Source: a virus. Taken from it: DNA of 64,000 nucleotides. How positions within the stretch are numbered: position 1 is the first letter of the stretch; every line of letters starts with the position of its first letter. Shown one piece after another: positions 1-10,208 of the stretch. A program made the position numbers and the translations under genes. The notes beneath the pieces were generated by a model that had not been told where the DNA came from, made no database searches, and was given only the letters and a program-made list of their open reading frames with translations. The stretch is from IMG/VR virus record IMGVR_UViG_3300021197_001769; one strand, 5' to 3'.

Positions 1-66
1 AAAATAATTTGGTCTTGCTCCACCACCTATAAGGGCTGCTTTAAAGTCATCTATTCTTAAAGTCAT
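1..66 (-). CDS. gp19: Tail tube protein, N-terminal fragment (runs off window start)
   Basis: Manual translation of the reverse complement gives MTLRIDDFKAALIGGGARPNYF, with the GGARPNxF motif of T4-like gp19; directly downstream of the sheath gene. Confidence 0.9.
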   Translation of the reverse strand, partial: MTLRIDDFKAALIGGGARPNYF

Positions 67-67
67 G

Positions 68-2266
68 TTACGCTCCTGCTACTTCTTCAAAACTAACGCC
101 GGTTCTAACTGCGACGAAGTTAAGAGTTATAAAGTTAATTGAACGATTAGGTTTGATATAGATGTCAGCTACGAATCTATTACCATCAATAACCGCCGGT
201 GTATTATTTGAAGTATCACAAACTACTTTAAAGTCTTGGCATCCTCTTCTTGCTTTTATATCTTGTAAGAAAGGCTCTACTGCTGCTACAAAATTAGCTC
301 TTGTAAAGTCGTCGTTGAATTCAAAGAGTTGAAACTTGGCTGCAGTTGCAATTGCTTTTTCTAATACAATGAATAATCTTCTTACATTAATACGATCAAA
401 AGCTGAAGGTTTACTTAGTGCAGTTTTATCACCAAATAGTAATGTACCTTGACCTCTTTGAGTAACCATAGGGTTGACTCTTTCTCTATACAGAACATCT
501 CTGTCTGCTTGTTGAGGATTGAAAGATAATTTAACTACATTGGATACAAAACCTCTATTGAAACCTGCTGGTGACCACCAAGCATCATTAGTGAATTCTG
601 ACCTTGCGGTGATACCTGCTGTATCACCTGCCATCGCTGACCAGAAAAATTGATCATTATATCTGTCATACATTCTCTTCCAAGCAGAATCGAACATTGC
701 ATACGATGTAGAGTTAAAGTCAGAAAAATAAGTAGTAACTTTAGCTGCAGTTGGATTAACTACTGCTGCATCATAAGATGGTGAGCAAAATACTACACAA
801 TCTTTTCTTACATTTGCAATATTATCTATTGCATACTTTTGTACTACTTTTTGTTTTGTCGCGTTTGAAGAACCGCTACCGAAACTATTACCTAAAATTA
901 ATGAGATATCAATTTCTTCCGGATCTTTAAACTTATCAAGACCTGCTGTATAATCACCTGCATCAACATCATCTCCAGAAGAACCACCATTAAGTGTGTA
1001 TCTTCTTACACCTGTTAGAGACATGTTAGTAACAAATCTTACGAAGTCTTTTTCATTTGCTTTGTAAATATCAATACCTATTGCAGTTACTTGTTCAGAA
1101 TTTGATACTGCTGCGGTAGAATTACCGTTAGCTAGATCTTCTGTAAGTACGTAAATCCACTGTGATGTATTATTAATTATATTTTTATAATAATTTTGAC
1201 CACCATCAGCTGTTTTACCGTTACCTGCTTTAGATAAACCTTCAAATGTTTCAAGTACTTCATATGCAGATCCTGTGATAGTAGTATCAGAGGTGTATAC
1301 AATAACATGTACTTCATCTTGAACATCTGAGTCAAAGTTGTCTACAGACCATTGTGACCTACCTGGTCTCTTTTCAAACAATGTAGCTGCTTTAATTGCA
1401 GCTGAACCAGAGCCAACAATAGGTGTATTGTTAAAGTCTGAATCGTTCATGCCAGCATCAATAAGAGCTACTCCTATACCGTTACCTCTATGACCAGGGA
1501 ACCTAGCATAGACTGAACCATTGATAAGAGTACTTTCTTCAGCATTAAAGTCATCTAAATTATTAAGAACTGCTGCTGTAGCAAAACCAGAACCTTGTTC
1601 AGCTTCTTGATAAGGAGTAAACGTTAGTCCTACTGTAGTTACAGCTGAAGGAGCAGTTGCAGCGGCTGGTGTTGTAAAAGTAATTGCTGTATCACCTGCC
1701 AATGCTGCGGCACCGTCGGAGTCTATCGCGGCGTCTGTGGCATTAGCTTCAGTATTGATAGCATTCTTTAAGATGTTTGCAACGTCACCAATGGATGAAA
1801 TATCGTCGGAATCAGTAACTGTAAATTGAAATGCAGATGCGCTTGTAACTGCTCCAATGGTTACTGTCTGAGTTTTATGTCCCTCACCATCTGAATCGGG
1901 AAAAGTAAAAGCTGGGGTACCAGTAATACTAATTGTTGTCTTTCCTGACTCTAATGTAACGAACTCTGATGCAGCGTTTCTAGCGCCATCAGTTAAAATT
2001 CTTACTATTTGAATTGCATTTGCGTATGATAAAAAGTTCGCAGCTGTGTACCAATCGCTTCTAGTACTTTCACCTGCTACTGTTGATACTTTTGGGTTAC
2101 CAAACTTTGCTATTAACTGTTCTTCACTTGAAATAAGTGTAGGTTCTAGACAAGGTCCCCATTCAAAATTTCCAGCAAATGCACCTGTTGTAGTTGCTAC
2201 AGCAGGTATAATATTGGTAAGGTCTTTTTCTTTTACCTGTACACCTGGACTAACTTGGAAGGCCAT
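68..2266 (-). CDS. gp18: Tail sheath protein
   Basis: N-term SPGVQVKEKDLT and FEWGP; C-term WWSPAGFNRG, GDKT, FDRINVRRLF, FEFND, IKPNRSINFITLNF. Confidence 0.98.
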   Translation of the reverse strand: MAFQVSPGVQVKEKDLTNIIPAVATTTGAFAGNFEWGPCLEPTLISSEEQLIAKFGNPKVSTVAGESTRSDWYTAANFLSYANAIQIVRILTDGARNAASEFVTLESGKTTISITGTPAFTFPDSDGEGHKTQTVTIGAVTSASAFQFTVTDSDDISSIGDVANILKNAINTEANATDAAIDSDGAAALAGDTAITFTTPAAATAPSAVTTVGLTFTPYQEAEQGSGFATAAVLNNLDDFNAEESTLINGSVYARFPGHRGNGIGVALIDAGMNDSDFNNTPIVGSGSAAIKAATLFEKRPGRSQWSVDNFDSDVQDEVHVIVYTSDTTITGSAYEVLETFEGLSKAGNGKTADGGQNYYKNIINNTSQWIYVLTEDLANGNSTAAVSNSEQVTAIGIDIYKANEKDFVRFVTNMSLTGVRRYTLNGGSSGDDVDAGDYTAGLDKFKDPEEIDISLILGNSFGSGSSNATKQKVVQKYAIDNIANVRKDCVVFCSPSYDAAVVNPTAAKVTTYFSDFNSTSYAMFDSAWKRMYDRYNDQFFWSAMAGDTAGITARSEFTNDAWWSPAGFNRGFVSNVVKLSFNPQQADRDVLYRERVNPMVTQRGQGTLLFGDKTALSKPSAFDRINVRRLFIVLEKAIATAAKFQLFEFNDDFTRANFVAAVEPFLQDIKARRGCQDFKVVCDTSNNTPAVIDGNRFVADIYIKPNRSINFITLNFVAVRTGVSFEEVAGA

Positions 2267-2298
2267 TTTTTGACTCCTTTATTTGTAAATTTACAATA

Positions 2299-2306
2299 TA
2301 TTTATA
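2299..2306 (-). promoter_or_regulatory. T4-type late promoter TATAAATA upstream of gp18
   Basis: Exact consensus on the minus strand, 32 nt before the sheath start codon. Confidence 0.85.
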
Positions 2307-2316
2307 ATCTATAGAT

Positions 2317-4179
2317 CTACGAACCTGTCGGTAACGTATTAGTAAATCGAGGATTATCCCCGCCATGACTATTTATTGTAAACGTTAATTTATATTCAGC
2401 TAAGCTGAACTTATCTTTGAATGCATATTCAATAACATTCGAATCTCTATACAATAATGTATTAAAGAAACCTTTAGCTACAGGATGTGATTCTAGGTTG
2501 TAAGCTAGCACCCTTAATATATTTGCATCTGATGAACCTTTAGCAAATATCATAGTATTAGAAGACACTGTAGATCCGTCTCCGGATACAACTCTCCAAG
2601 TAACACTCATTTGAGCTTCTAATATCTGATCACTATCAGTTGAGAACGTAACTGTCGCTAAGTTTTCAGAATCAGTTGGTACAGGAGTTGCAGGTGTTGA
2701 GCTTGAAGTAACTCCTATTAAAGTATTCAATTTAGCTATATCACCTTGCATAGTACCTATTAATGTACCCAATGCTTGAATAGCTATTTCATCTGAATCT
2801 CTATCAGATCTTAATAAATTTATTTTATTGGTAAGTACATTTATATCTGAATCGCTAGCGCCGCCTGATGAACCTACTTTACTAGTAAAATGTACAAAAT
2901 CTGAATCCATATCTGATTTTATTCTACCAGCTAAAGACTGAATATATGTCATTCTAGTAGTTTCACTATCAATGTCAGCTCTTAATCCATCTACTTCATT
3001 TCTCAATGTAGCAGCTACTGCAAGATCAGAGTCACCAATACCTACAATACTTCTTATCTTATCTTGAAATAAATTATGATCACTATCTAATCTAGCTCTT
3101 ACTTGAGACTGCAATAAACTTAACTTAGTACCTTCAGAGTCTAATCTTAATCTCATTTGAGATTGAAGTACTGATACTTTAGCTGCCTCTGAATCTAATC
3201 TTAATCTTATGTCAGATACTCTACTATCTAAAGCAGCTCTATCTGAATCTATTCTAGTATGAATTATATCTTGAGCAGTTTTTAATGCTTGTACTACTAA
3301 TGAATCTGAATCTAGTCTACTGGTTAAATTAGTTTTTAACAACTGTACTTTAGTTGACTCAGAATCTAATCTTACGTGAGCAGCATCAGCTCTTGCTTGT
3401 GCAGCTGCAGTCGAAGTACTTAGTGCTTGTAATGCTGCATCGTCTGAATCTAATCTTGATTTTACTTGAGTAGCTAACGCTTGTATAAAACTTGAATCTG
3501 AATCTAATCTAGCAGTAATAGTATTGACATTATTAGATAGATCAGCTACAACTTTTAAGTCAGAGTCGGAAGGTATTTCTAATACTCTTAAACCGTTCTC
3601 TCTTATTATTTCTATAACTTGATCACTATCAAATCCGGCAGAACCTACACCTAGTATACCAATATATTGACCACCACTAATGTATATGCTTTTGTCTGTA
3701 AAGTCTTTACCATTAGGTAAGTTTTCACCCATAAAGTGTAACACACCAGACTGATAATCAAAAAACCATTCATCGTCATTACCAGAACCAGCAGCAAATA
3801 GCTGATTAGATATTCCAGCTGCATTATCACTGTCACCTGAATCGTGTAGATATACTTTTACTTGATATGTTGAACCAAATTCAGGTGGTATCCAATCTGT
3901 GACACCAGTAATCCAAGTTCTATTAGCACTCGCTGTACCATCTGCTACAGCTTCAACTAAATTGCTTGAACTATATACTTCTACAACTCCTGTAGTACTT
4001 GCAGGTAAAGTAGCTGGTATAAGATTAGCTTGTACTAGAGTTTTATCACCTCTGTTTAATAATGGAGATGCAATAGATTCGTTAGTTGGACCTTTTAATG
4101 AATCAGAGTCAGTTCTAGCAACACCGAAACCTAATTTCTTAAAAAGAAAGTCTACCTTTGCTGTTAAACTAATTGCCAT
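2317..4179 (-). CDS. Putative virion fibre/structural protein with RLDSD coiled-coil repeats
   Basis: 620 aa; globular N-term, central amphipathic repeats beginning RLDS[DE]; within the structural operon. Confidence 0.7.
   Translation of the reverse strand: MAISLTAKVDFLFKKLGFGVARTDSDSLKGPTNESIASPLLNRGDKTLVQANLIPATLPASTTGVVEVYSSSNLVEAVADGTASANRTWITGVTDWIPPEFGSTYQVKVYLHDSGDSDNAAGISNQLFAAGSGNDDEWFFDYQSGVLHFMGENLPNGKDFTDKSIYISGGQYIGILGVGSAGFDSDQVIEIIRENGLRVLEIPSDSDLKVVADLSNNVNTITARLDSDSSFIQALATQVKSRLDSDDAALQALSTSTAAAQARADAAHVRLDSESTKVQLLKTNLTSRLDSDSLVVQALKTAQDIIHTRIDSDRAALDSRVSDIRLRLDSEAAKVSVLQSQMRLRLDSEGTKLSLLQSQVRARLDSDHNLFQDKIRSIVGIGDSDLAVAATLRNEVDGLRADIDSETTRMTYIQSLAGRIKSDMDSDFVHFTSKVGSSGGASDSDINVLTNKINLLRSDRDSDEIAIQALGTLIGTMQGDIAKLNTLIGVTSSSTPATPVPTDSENLATVTFSTDSDQILEAQMSVTWRVVSGDGSTVSSNTMIFAKGSSDANILRVLAYNLESHPVAKGFFNTLLYRDSNVIEYAFKDKFSLAEYKLTFTINSHGGDNPRFTNTLPTGS
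3079..3510 (-). repeat. Eight R[LI]DS[DE]-anchored coiled-coil repeats, spacings 18/28/18/21/18/18/18 aa
   Basis: Counted directly in the translation; degenerate at DNA level. Confidence 0.85.
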
Positions 4180-7100
4180 TAACTTATACTCAAACTAGTT
4201 ACTGAATCACCTGATGCTAATCCTATTCTTAAAAGAATATTATTATTAGTAGCATTGGTTGCGTTTTCTGTACCGAGCGTGAAAGTAAAAGAGCCATTCA
4301 GCGCTCCTGTACCTACAATATCACCTCCAGTAGATGCACATCCATTAGAACCGTTTCCTCCTGATCCTGTGTTAGCGCCTGGTACACCAGCACCTGCATA
4401 TTGACCTCCACAATCTAACCATCCATTTAATGAGGATGATGAATCAATTACTGTGCCTGGTGCTGCTATAAACATACCTTCTATACCAGAAGACGAAACA
4501 ATATTAACTGTAAAGTTAGCCATTGCTGTTCTTCTAAACGCCATTGTAAAATATTGAGTTCCTGTATCACCTGATCTGTTTGGTCCAGGAGGAACATATG
4601 TACTGTAGTTAGTAGTATCGTGTTTTAATACCCCTAATCTAATTGTAGCTTCTTTAGTGCCTTGAACTCCACTATCTGAATCTTCTACGAATATATCTGT
4701 ATTGTAATAATTATATGAACCACCTCTCAACGCAGGGGTATCAGTAGTAGCTGATTTTAAAGCTCCTGATCTAACTCCGTTGTCGGTAAAACCTGAACCT
4801 AATCCACCAGCTACACTTATAGCAGTTTCGTTTATTCCAGATTGAGAAGCTGTATGCACGTTTATATTAGTTGTATTTTCTACATAAGAACTAGTACCGT
4901 TAGTATTACTTGCTCTCACTTTAATTCTATCTACTGTTCTAACTGATGAAGATGTAATAGCAACACTTAAGGTAGCTAATGTATAAGCAGAACTAACACC
5001 TGTATTAGCAATAGGTATGCCTCCGGATAACATTGTTGATGAACCATCTACATTAGCGTAAGTATAATTTGTATTAACTGTACCAGCAGAACTAGTACTT
5101 TCTTGATTAGTTCCAGAATCTATTTCAACAGGAGAGGATGTATCATTATAAGCTTGTCCTACAAAATTTGATATTTGAATACCTGCAACGTTTATTGTAG
5201 GGCTTCCAGAATTAAAATAAGGCACTCCTGAAATGTATCTATAGGTTCCTGAATTATTAACTGATACAGTACCTGTACTTGATACTGTCGGAGCCGCTGA
5301 AACTGTATCGTCTCTTAATATGTGAACAGTAGATGTTGAACCTGTCTGCGAATGTTTTATTAATTGTGCATTAAGTCCTAAAGTATAACCTGATAAAGAT
5401 CTAGCTATTTTAGCATCAAATGTCTGATAAAAATTGGATGGATATGTAGAAGAACTAATAGTATCATGAGCATCAGCTTGTTGAGTAACTTGAAGTGAAC
5501 CAGCAGCTCCAGTTTCTCCTGATGTTGTAGTAAATGATATAGTACCGTCACTATCACCATTTCTTATACATGTTACTTCACCTGCAGCTCCATTATAAGC
5601 ATTATTAATTGTATTAGTATCTATAATTCCAGTAGTATATCTTCTTGCAGTTGTACTATTAAGAGATGTTCCTGCTGCTAATGTAGACATAGTACCTGTA
5701 TTATCAGTGAAACCTGAAGCTAATTTAGGATTAGTACCGTGAGCTGAATCTGATAAAGTTAAAGTAAAAGTAGATAAGTTACTAGGAGCAGCTGGTACTG
5801 CGTTAATTGTAAATGTGACACTTTCTTTATCTGATTGAGCTACACTTCCAGGTGAACCAGAAGCAAATAATTGAGAAGCATAACTACCAGTTGACTCTCC
5901 AGTATAGTCATGATCAATAGTAGCTCCTAATGAACCTGGAGATGATCCATCTTCAGTTAATGAATCTGAATCTCCATCGGCCCAACTATAAGTTAAATTA
6001 GTTGCATTTTGTGATGTGTTAGTAGCTCTTACTAATGCTCTATTTGCACCGTTTAAGTCTACAAAGTCATATATGTCTCTACTATTATCTCCTGATCTAT
6101 CAGAAACAGTTACTGCAGTTGCAGCATAGTTGACTCTTAAATCAGGTCTAACTGTAATTTCAAAAGGATCTGATTCGAAAGGAGATGAATCATGATTAGA
6201 AGTTATTTGTAATTTACCAGTAAAAGTAACTGTATGTCCATTAGCTTGATCTGAATCAGGTAATGCATAAGTATGAGAAACTGCACTAGCTCCTCTATCA
6301 CCTGATGAACCTGTTCCTGCATTTACTGTTGTATTAGATGTACCGTCACCCCATACATAAACATATCTACTACCAAATGTTGCAAAGTTACCAACACCTG
6401 AACCTGAATTGTTAGTTGCTTGTATAACATGACCTGATGTAGCTTCTTCATTTACACCATCACTATCATTTATACTTACAGATGGTGTATGTGTATCTAA
6501 AACATTAAAGAAATTATCTGAGTCAGCTGCAGGTATATCAGTTGGGTTAGCTGTAGTGTGTGAATTTAATGTGAGAGAAATATTAAATCTTCTATCTTCT
6601 TCAACTACTGTATCAAATGTATAAGGTAATCTACTACCGCCGTTATTAATAGAACCACCAGGTAATCTATCAGAATCTATAGCATGCATTAAATCGCTAT
6701 CACCAAAATTAAAAACATAACCTGCGATTGCATTTGAAGTATTAGTAGTATTATTTTGTAAATAAATTGTATCGCCATCATCCCATTGTGTAATAGGAGA
6801 ACCACCAGACGATGCAGCATATATTGCGAATGAAACAGCTGGTGTAGCTGTAAAAACTGTTACGTAGTTACTTCTTTCTTTAACTGAAAATGAACCAGCA
6901 CCTTCTCCAGAAGAGTTTCTAGCTATTACTCTTACAGTAAAAGGAGAACCTACGTTTGAATTGTATGTATGAGATGGTGTACTATCAGAACTGTCTGAAT
7001 CTATGTTACCGTCACCCCAATGAATATCATATCTATTAGGGTTACCATCTGCACTTGTTGTTAATGTAGTAGTGAAACCAGCACCACCGATTAAGTTGTC

Positions 7101-7682
7101 ACCAGTAAAATCTAAATTAGAAACAGCAGTATTTCTAATTACGTTTCTAGTAGCTTCATTTAATTTATCGATAGCGTCAGTAACTGTTTCAGTTGTTTCT
7201 AATGCTATAGCACCAGTTTCACTTGATAAGGAACCATCTTGTAAGGGAGCACCGAGTGTGATTTGATTGCCTACTGTATTTTGTCCAGCATGCTCTTGAA
7301 TCATATTAACGATTGCATCTGAGTCGTGACCAGCATTAGCGGCTAAGTTACTAATAGCAGCAGTATCTGAGTCTAACCTTGCAGTTAAATCAGTCTTAAT
7401 TGCTTGTAATCTACTCTCATCAGAGTCTAGTCGAGATACTGCAGTTTCAGCTCTTCTTAAAAGAGTCTGGACGCGTGTTGTCTCTGAGTCAAGATCTGAT
7501 CTAAGAGCTGCAACGGCTGTGCCAGCATGCTCAAAGACCATATTCTTAACAACATCTGAGTCAGTAGTAGAGGATATAGTGTAAACACCTTCACCTTCGG
7601 AGTTTACAACAAACCCTACACCTACATTAGTACCTGCCTCTAGTCTAGTAACGAGAGGGATATCATCTGAATCGTACGCCAT
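4179..7682 (-). CDS. Large virion structural protein with PKD-like Ig domains
   Basis: 1167 aa, S/T/G-rich; repeated PKD-type motifs YDIHWGDG, YVWGDG, YSWADG followed by HTY/HDY. Confidence 0.75.
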   Translation of the reverse strand: MAYDSDDIPLVTRLEAGTNVGVGFVVNSEGEGVYTISSTTDSDVVKNMVFEHAGTAVAALRSDLDSETTRVQTLLRRAETAVSRLDSDESRLQAIKTDLTARLDSDTAAISNLAANAGHDSDAIVNMIQEHAGQNTVGNQITLGAPLQDGSLSSETGAIALETTETVTDAIDKLNEATRNVIRNTAVSNLDFTGDNLIGGAGFTTTLTTSADGNPNRYDIHWGDGNIDSDSSDSTPSHTYNSNVGSPFTVRVIARNSSGEGAGSFSVKERSNYVTVFTATPAVSFAIYAASSGGSPITQWDDGDTIYLQNNTTNTSNAIAGYVFNFGDSDLMHAIDSDRLPGGSINNGGSRLPYTFDTVVEEDRRFNISLTLNSHTTANPTDIPAADSDNFFNVLDTHTPSVSINDSDGVNEEATSGHVIQATNNSGSGVGNFATFGSRYVYVWGDGTSNTTVNAGTGSSGDRGASAVSHTYALPDSDQANGHTVTFTGKLQITSNHDSSPFESDPFEITVRPDLRVNYAATAVTVSDRSGDNSRDIYDFVDLNGANRALVRATNTSQNATNLTYSWADGDSDSLTEDGSSPGSLGATIDHDYTGESTGSYASQLFASGSPGSVAQSDKESVTFTINAVPAAPSNLSTFTLTLSDSAHGTNPKLASGFTDNTGTMSTLAAGTSLNSTTARRYTTGIIDTNTINNAYNGAAGEVTCIRNGDSDGTISFTTTSGETGAAGSLQVTQQADAHDTISSSTYPSNFYQTFDAKIARSLSGYTLGLNAQLIKHSQTGSTSTVHILRDDTVSAAPTVSSTGTVSVNNSGTYRYISGVPYFNSGSPTINVAGIQISNFVGQAYNDTSSPVEIDSGTNQESTSSAGTVNTNYTYANVDGSSTMLSGGIPIANTGVSSAYTLATLSVAITSSSVRTVDRIKVRASNTNGTSSYVENTTNINVHTASQSGINETAISVAGGLGSGFTDNGVRSGALKSATTDTPALRGGSYNYYNTDIFVEDSDSGVQGTKEATIRLGVLKHDTTNYSTYVPPGPNRSGDTGTQYFTMAFRRTAMANFTVNIVSSSGIEGMFIAAPGTVIDSSSSLNGWLDCGGQYAGAGVPGANTGSGGNGSNGCASTGGDIVGTGALNGSFTFTLGTENATNATNNNILLRIGLASGDSVTSLSIS

Positions 7683-7708
7683 TCACCCTCACCTTTTATT
7701 CCCAGTTA

Positions 7709-8299
7709 CTAGTTGCCTGAGTTATCGTCTGTATCTAGTACATATCCTCCGAATACAACACTATTAGAAGTATTTCTAATTTCTAATTTGTGTGCGTCTG
7801 TAAAAGCATTACCATCAAAGTTAAATGCTTGACCTGCTGTAATAGTAATACCACCTGGGAATGTGTATCCACTATTCAATGCTGTCTTAACAGCTGAAAC
7901 TGCTACTGTATCAGAGTCTAATCTAGCTATGATTTCTGTTATTTTTGGATTCAATTGAGCCATAATGAAATCAGAGTCAGCTACTTGATTAAGTTTTGAT
8001 ATAATCAAACCGTGCTCTGAGTCTCTATCTGCTCTTAAGTTATTAACAGCTGCTGATAAGTTACTTAACTTAACTGTATCAGAATCTAATCTAGCAATAA
8101 GTCCTGGATTAGTACCTGTGTCAATAATAACAGCCCATTTAGTAGCATCTGATCCAGGGGTTACACCTGAGAAGCCACCTGATACTGCTGAGTATGCAAT
8201 ACCTTCGTGATGTACTGTATCTAATTTTTGGTATGTTGTACCGGCGTTATAAGCGCCTTTAAAAACGAGTCTTACTCGTCCTAATATCTGAGTTGCCAT
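7709..8299 (-). CDS. Small fibre-like structural protein with possible carbohydrate-binding N-terminal module
   Basis: FKGAYNAGTTYQKLDTVHHEGIAY resembles CBM5/12-like repeats; followed by RLDSD coiled coil. Confidence 0.6.
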   Translation of the reverse strand: MATQILGRVRLVFKGAYNAGTTYQKLDTVHHEGIAYSAVSGGFSGVTPGSDATKWAVIIDTGTNPGLIARLDSDTVKLSNLSAAVNNLRADRDSEHGLIISKLNQVADSDFIMAQLNPKITEIIARLDSDTVAVSAVKTALNSGYTFPGGITITAGQAFNFDGNAFTDAHKLEIRNTSNSVVFGGYVLDTDDNSGN

Positions 8300-8375
8300 T
8301 TTCCTTTACCCCTTTTGTTCTGGTTGGAAGCCCTGCCACTTTCGTGGTTCTAGCTCAGTAGCATTAATGCTGTTT

Positions 8376-8383
8376 TATTTATA
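8376..8383 (-). promoter_or_regulatory. T4-type late promoter TATAAATA
   Basis: Exact consensus in the intergenic gap upstream of the 196-aa gene. Confidence 0.8.
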
Positions 8384-8393
8384 ATTATGCACT

Positions 8394-8651
8394 CTAGTCG
8401 TCATCAGCTAAATGTGCAGCATAAGCAGTTTTAATTTCATCTGTCCAAACACCGTTTGCTATATTTTGCACTTCTGTGCTTTCATTAGATAAGCCATCTG
8501 CACTTATGTTTGGTGAAACTATGTGTCTTGAAAAAACTCGACTTATTTCTGTACCATCTCTTTTAATGACTGTTGCAGTTCTAACTTGTATAAATTTATA
8601 CGGCCCTACCACTTCAATTTTATCTTGTATTGTTTCTTCTGTTAATGCCAC
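8394..8651 (-). CDS. Small tail-fibre-associated protein (possible chaperone)
   Basis: 85 aa, DKIEVV..QVRTATVIKRDGTEISR..RH pattern typical of small genes following marine phage fibres; GGAG RBS upstream. Confidence 0.65.
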   Translation of the reverse strand: MALTEETIQDKIEVVGPYKFIQVRTATVIKRDGTEISRVFSRHIVSPNISADGLSNESTEVQNIANGVWTDEIKTAYAAHLADDD

Positions 8652-8669
8652 TTTCTACTCCTATAATTA

Positions 8670-10208
8670 TTAGAACGTCATGTATGTTATACCTATGGTA
8701 AACCTATCATTGGTTGCCATATGAGAGTTGTTAAGAGTTCCTGCCGATGTATTATTCTCAGATGACCTAAATGATCCAACAGATGCATCAGTTGAAACAT
8801 AAAAATTAACAAAATTACCAGAATTATGATCCGGACCTTGTGCACCAACTCCATCAAAAGCAACTGAACCAACAGACCTATCACTTAAATCTGCGCCATT
8901 ACCTGTTGCAAATGGTAAACTTATATCTATAACTCCGTTTGGACTACTTTCACCAGTTATATGTAATTGACCTTGCAAGTGAACCATTCTACCAATTTTT
9001 ACATATGACAATTTTGTAGCACTATCTCCAAGAGTATAGCTACCACTTGTCCTACCTGTGACTGTAGGGGTATATATACCTTCTTCATAATCATCAAGCA
9101 GTTCACCGGTCATACCAGTAGCATCACTTGTGGCACTAAAATCTATACCATGACCATTTGCTACTATAACGTTGCCATCAGTTAGAGTTAATCCATTGCC
9201 TACAGTTACTGTACCATCAACTTCTAATCCTGTACCATTAATTAATTGAAGTGTGTCGCTATTAAATCTTGCACTAATATTATTTGAGCCAGCTTTCTTA
9301 TGAGTTATTTCAATAATACCATCTTCAGTTCCGTCACTAGCGTCTTGTATTTTTCCTGTAATTTTTGCATATACTATTTCTTGGTTAGCATCATTTTCAC
9401 CTTTGAACTTTATTTGACCTAAGTAATCTGCGTCGGCTACACTAGAACTATTACGTTTAAGTGTAATCACTGGACCTGCATTATTAGAATCTTCAGTTGT
9501 AGTAACTAATATACTATCATCTGTAGTTGTGTTATTAACAGTTAAAGTTTGGAATGTGTGATCTGAATCTATACCACCTAAACCAGCTATGTTAGCTGTA
9601 TTAGTATTTGTAGCTGCTTTTAATGATTGTATTATTATACTATCACTGTCTAGATCTGCTCTCGTCTTAGTTGCTAATGATTGAATAGCTGCGCTGTCTG
9701 AATCTAGCCTGTTTGTAATTTCACTTATTTTTGATATCTTTATCGAATCTGAATCTCTATCAGCTCTAAGAGATAATATAGCACCACCAACTGAGTCTAA
9801 TGTATCGTTACCAGTTAAGAATAATATCTGTCCATCAGAGTCAATAGTCAAAGTACCTGAATTTGCTACATCATCATTTGTGTTTAATAATATTTGACCA
9901 TCACTGTCGACTACTAAAGTACCTATTTGTCTATCAGCATCATCAGAATCTAATCTGTTTATTAAACCGTCTACTTTGTTTTGTAAATTTGCGACTTTAG
10001 TTAAGTCACTATCTTCTATTTCGGCAACAGATGCGAAGGCAAGTGAACCAGAGACAACCTTTAAAATTTGATTGTCAGAACCAATAGTTGAGGGAATACT
10101 AACGTTACCTACAGTAAGTCCTTTAACGGTTGTACCGCCTGAAGTAACGAAAAGGTCAGAGTCTCCTACACGAAGACCGTTTTTTATCATAAAATTTTTT
10201 TGTGCCAT
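8670..10208 (-). CDS. Tail fibre protein
   Basis: 512 aa; C-terminal LLDDYEEG.YTP...YVKIGRMVH domain typical of phage fibre tips; N-terminal DSD-rich stalk. Confidence 0.8.
   Translation of the reverse strand: MAQKNFMIKNGLRVGDSDLFVTSGGTTVKGLTVGNVSIPSTIGSDNQILKVVSGSLAFASVAEIEDSDLTKVANLQNKVDGLINRLDSDDADRQIGTLVVDSDGQILLNTNDDVANSGTLTIDSDGQILFLTGNDTLDSVGGAILSLRADRDSDSIKISKISEITNRLDSDSAAIQSLATKTRADLDSDSIIIQSLKAATNTNTANIAGLGGIDSDHTFQTLTVNNTTTDDSILVTTTEDSNNAGPVITLKRNSSSVADADYLGQIKFKGENDANQEIVYAKITGKIQDASDGTEDGIIEITHKKAGSNNISARFNSDTLQLINGTGLEVDGTVTVGNGLTLTDGNVIVANGHGIDFSATSDATGMTGELLDDYEEGIYTPTVTGRTSGSYTLGDSATKLSYVKIGRMVHLQGQLHITGESSPNGVIDISLPFATGNGADLSDRSVGSVAFDGVGAQGPDHNSGNFVNFYVSTDASVGSFRSSENNTSAGTLNNSHMATNDRFTIGITYMTF

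Noticed and set aside
3079-3510. Recurring ATCTGAATCTAATCT-like words as a CRISPR array or tandem DNA repeat
   Set aside because: Copies are short, vary at synonymous positions and lie in frame inside a long ORF; no cas genes
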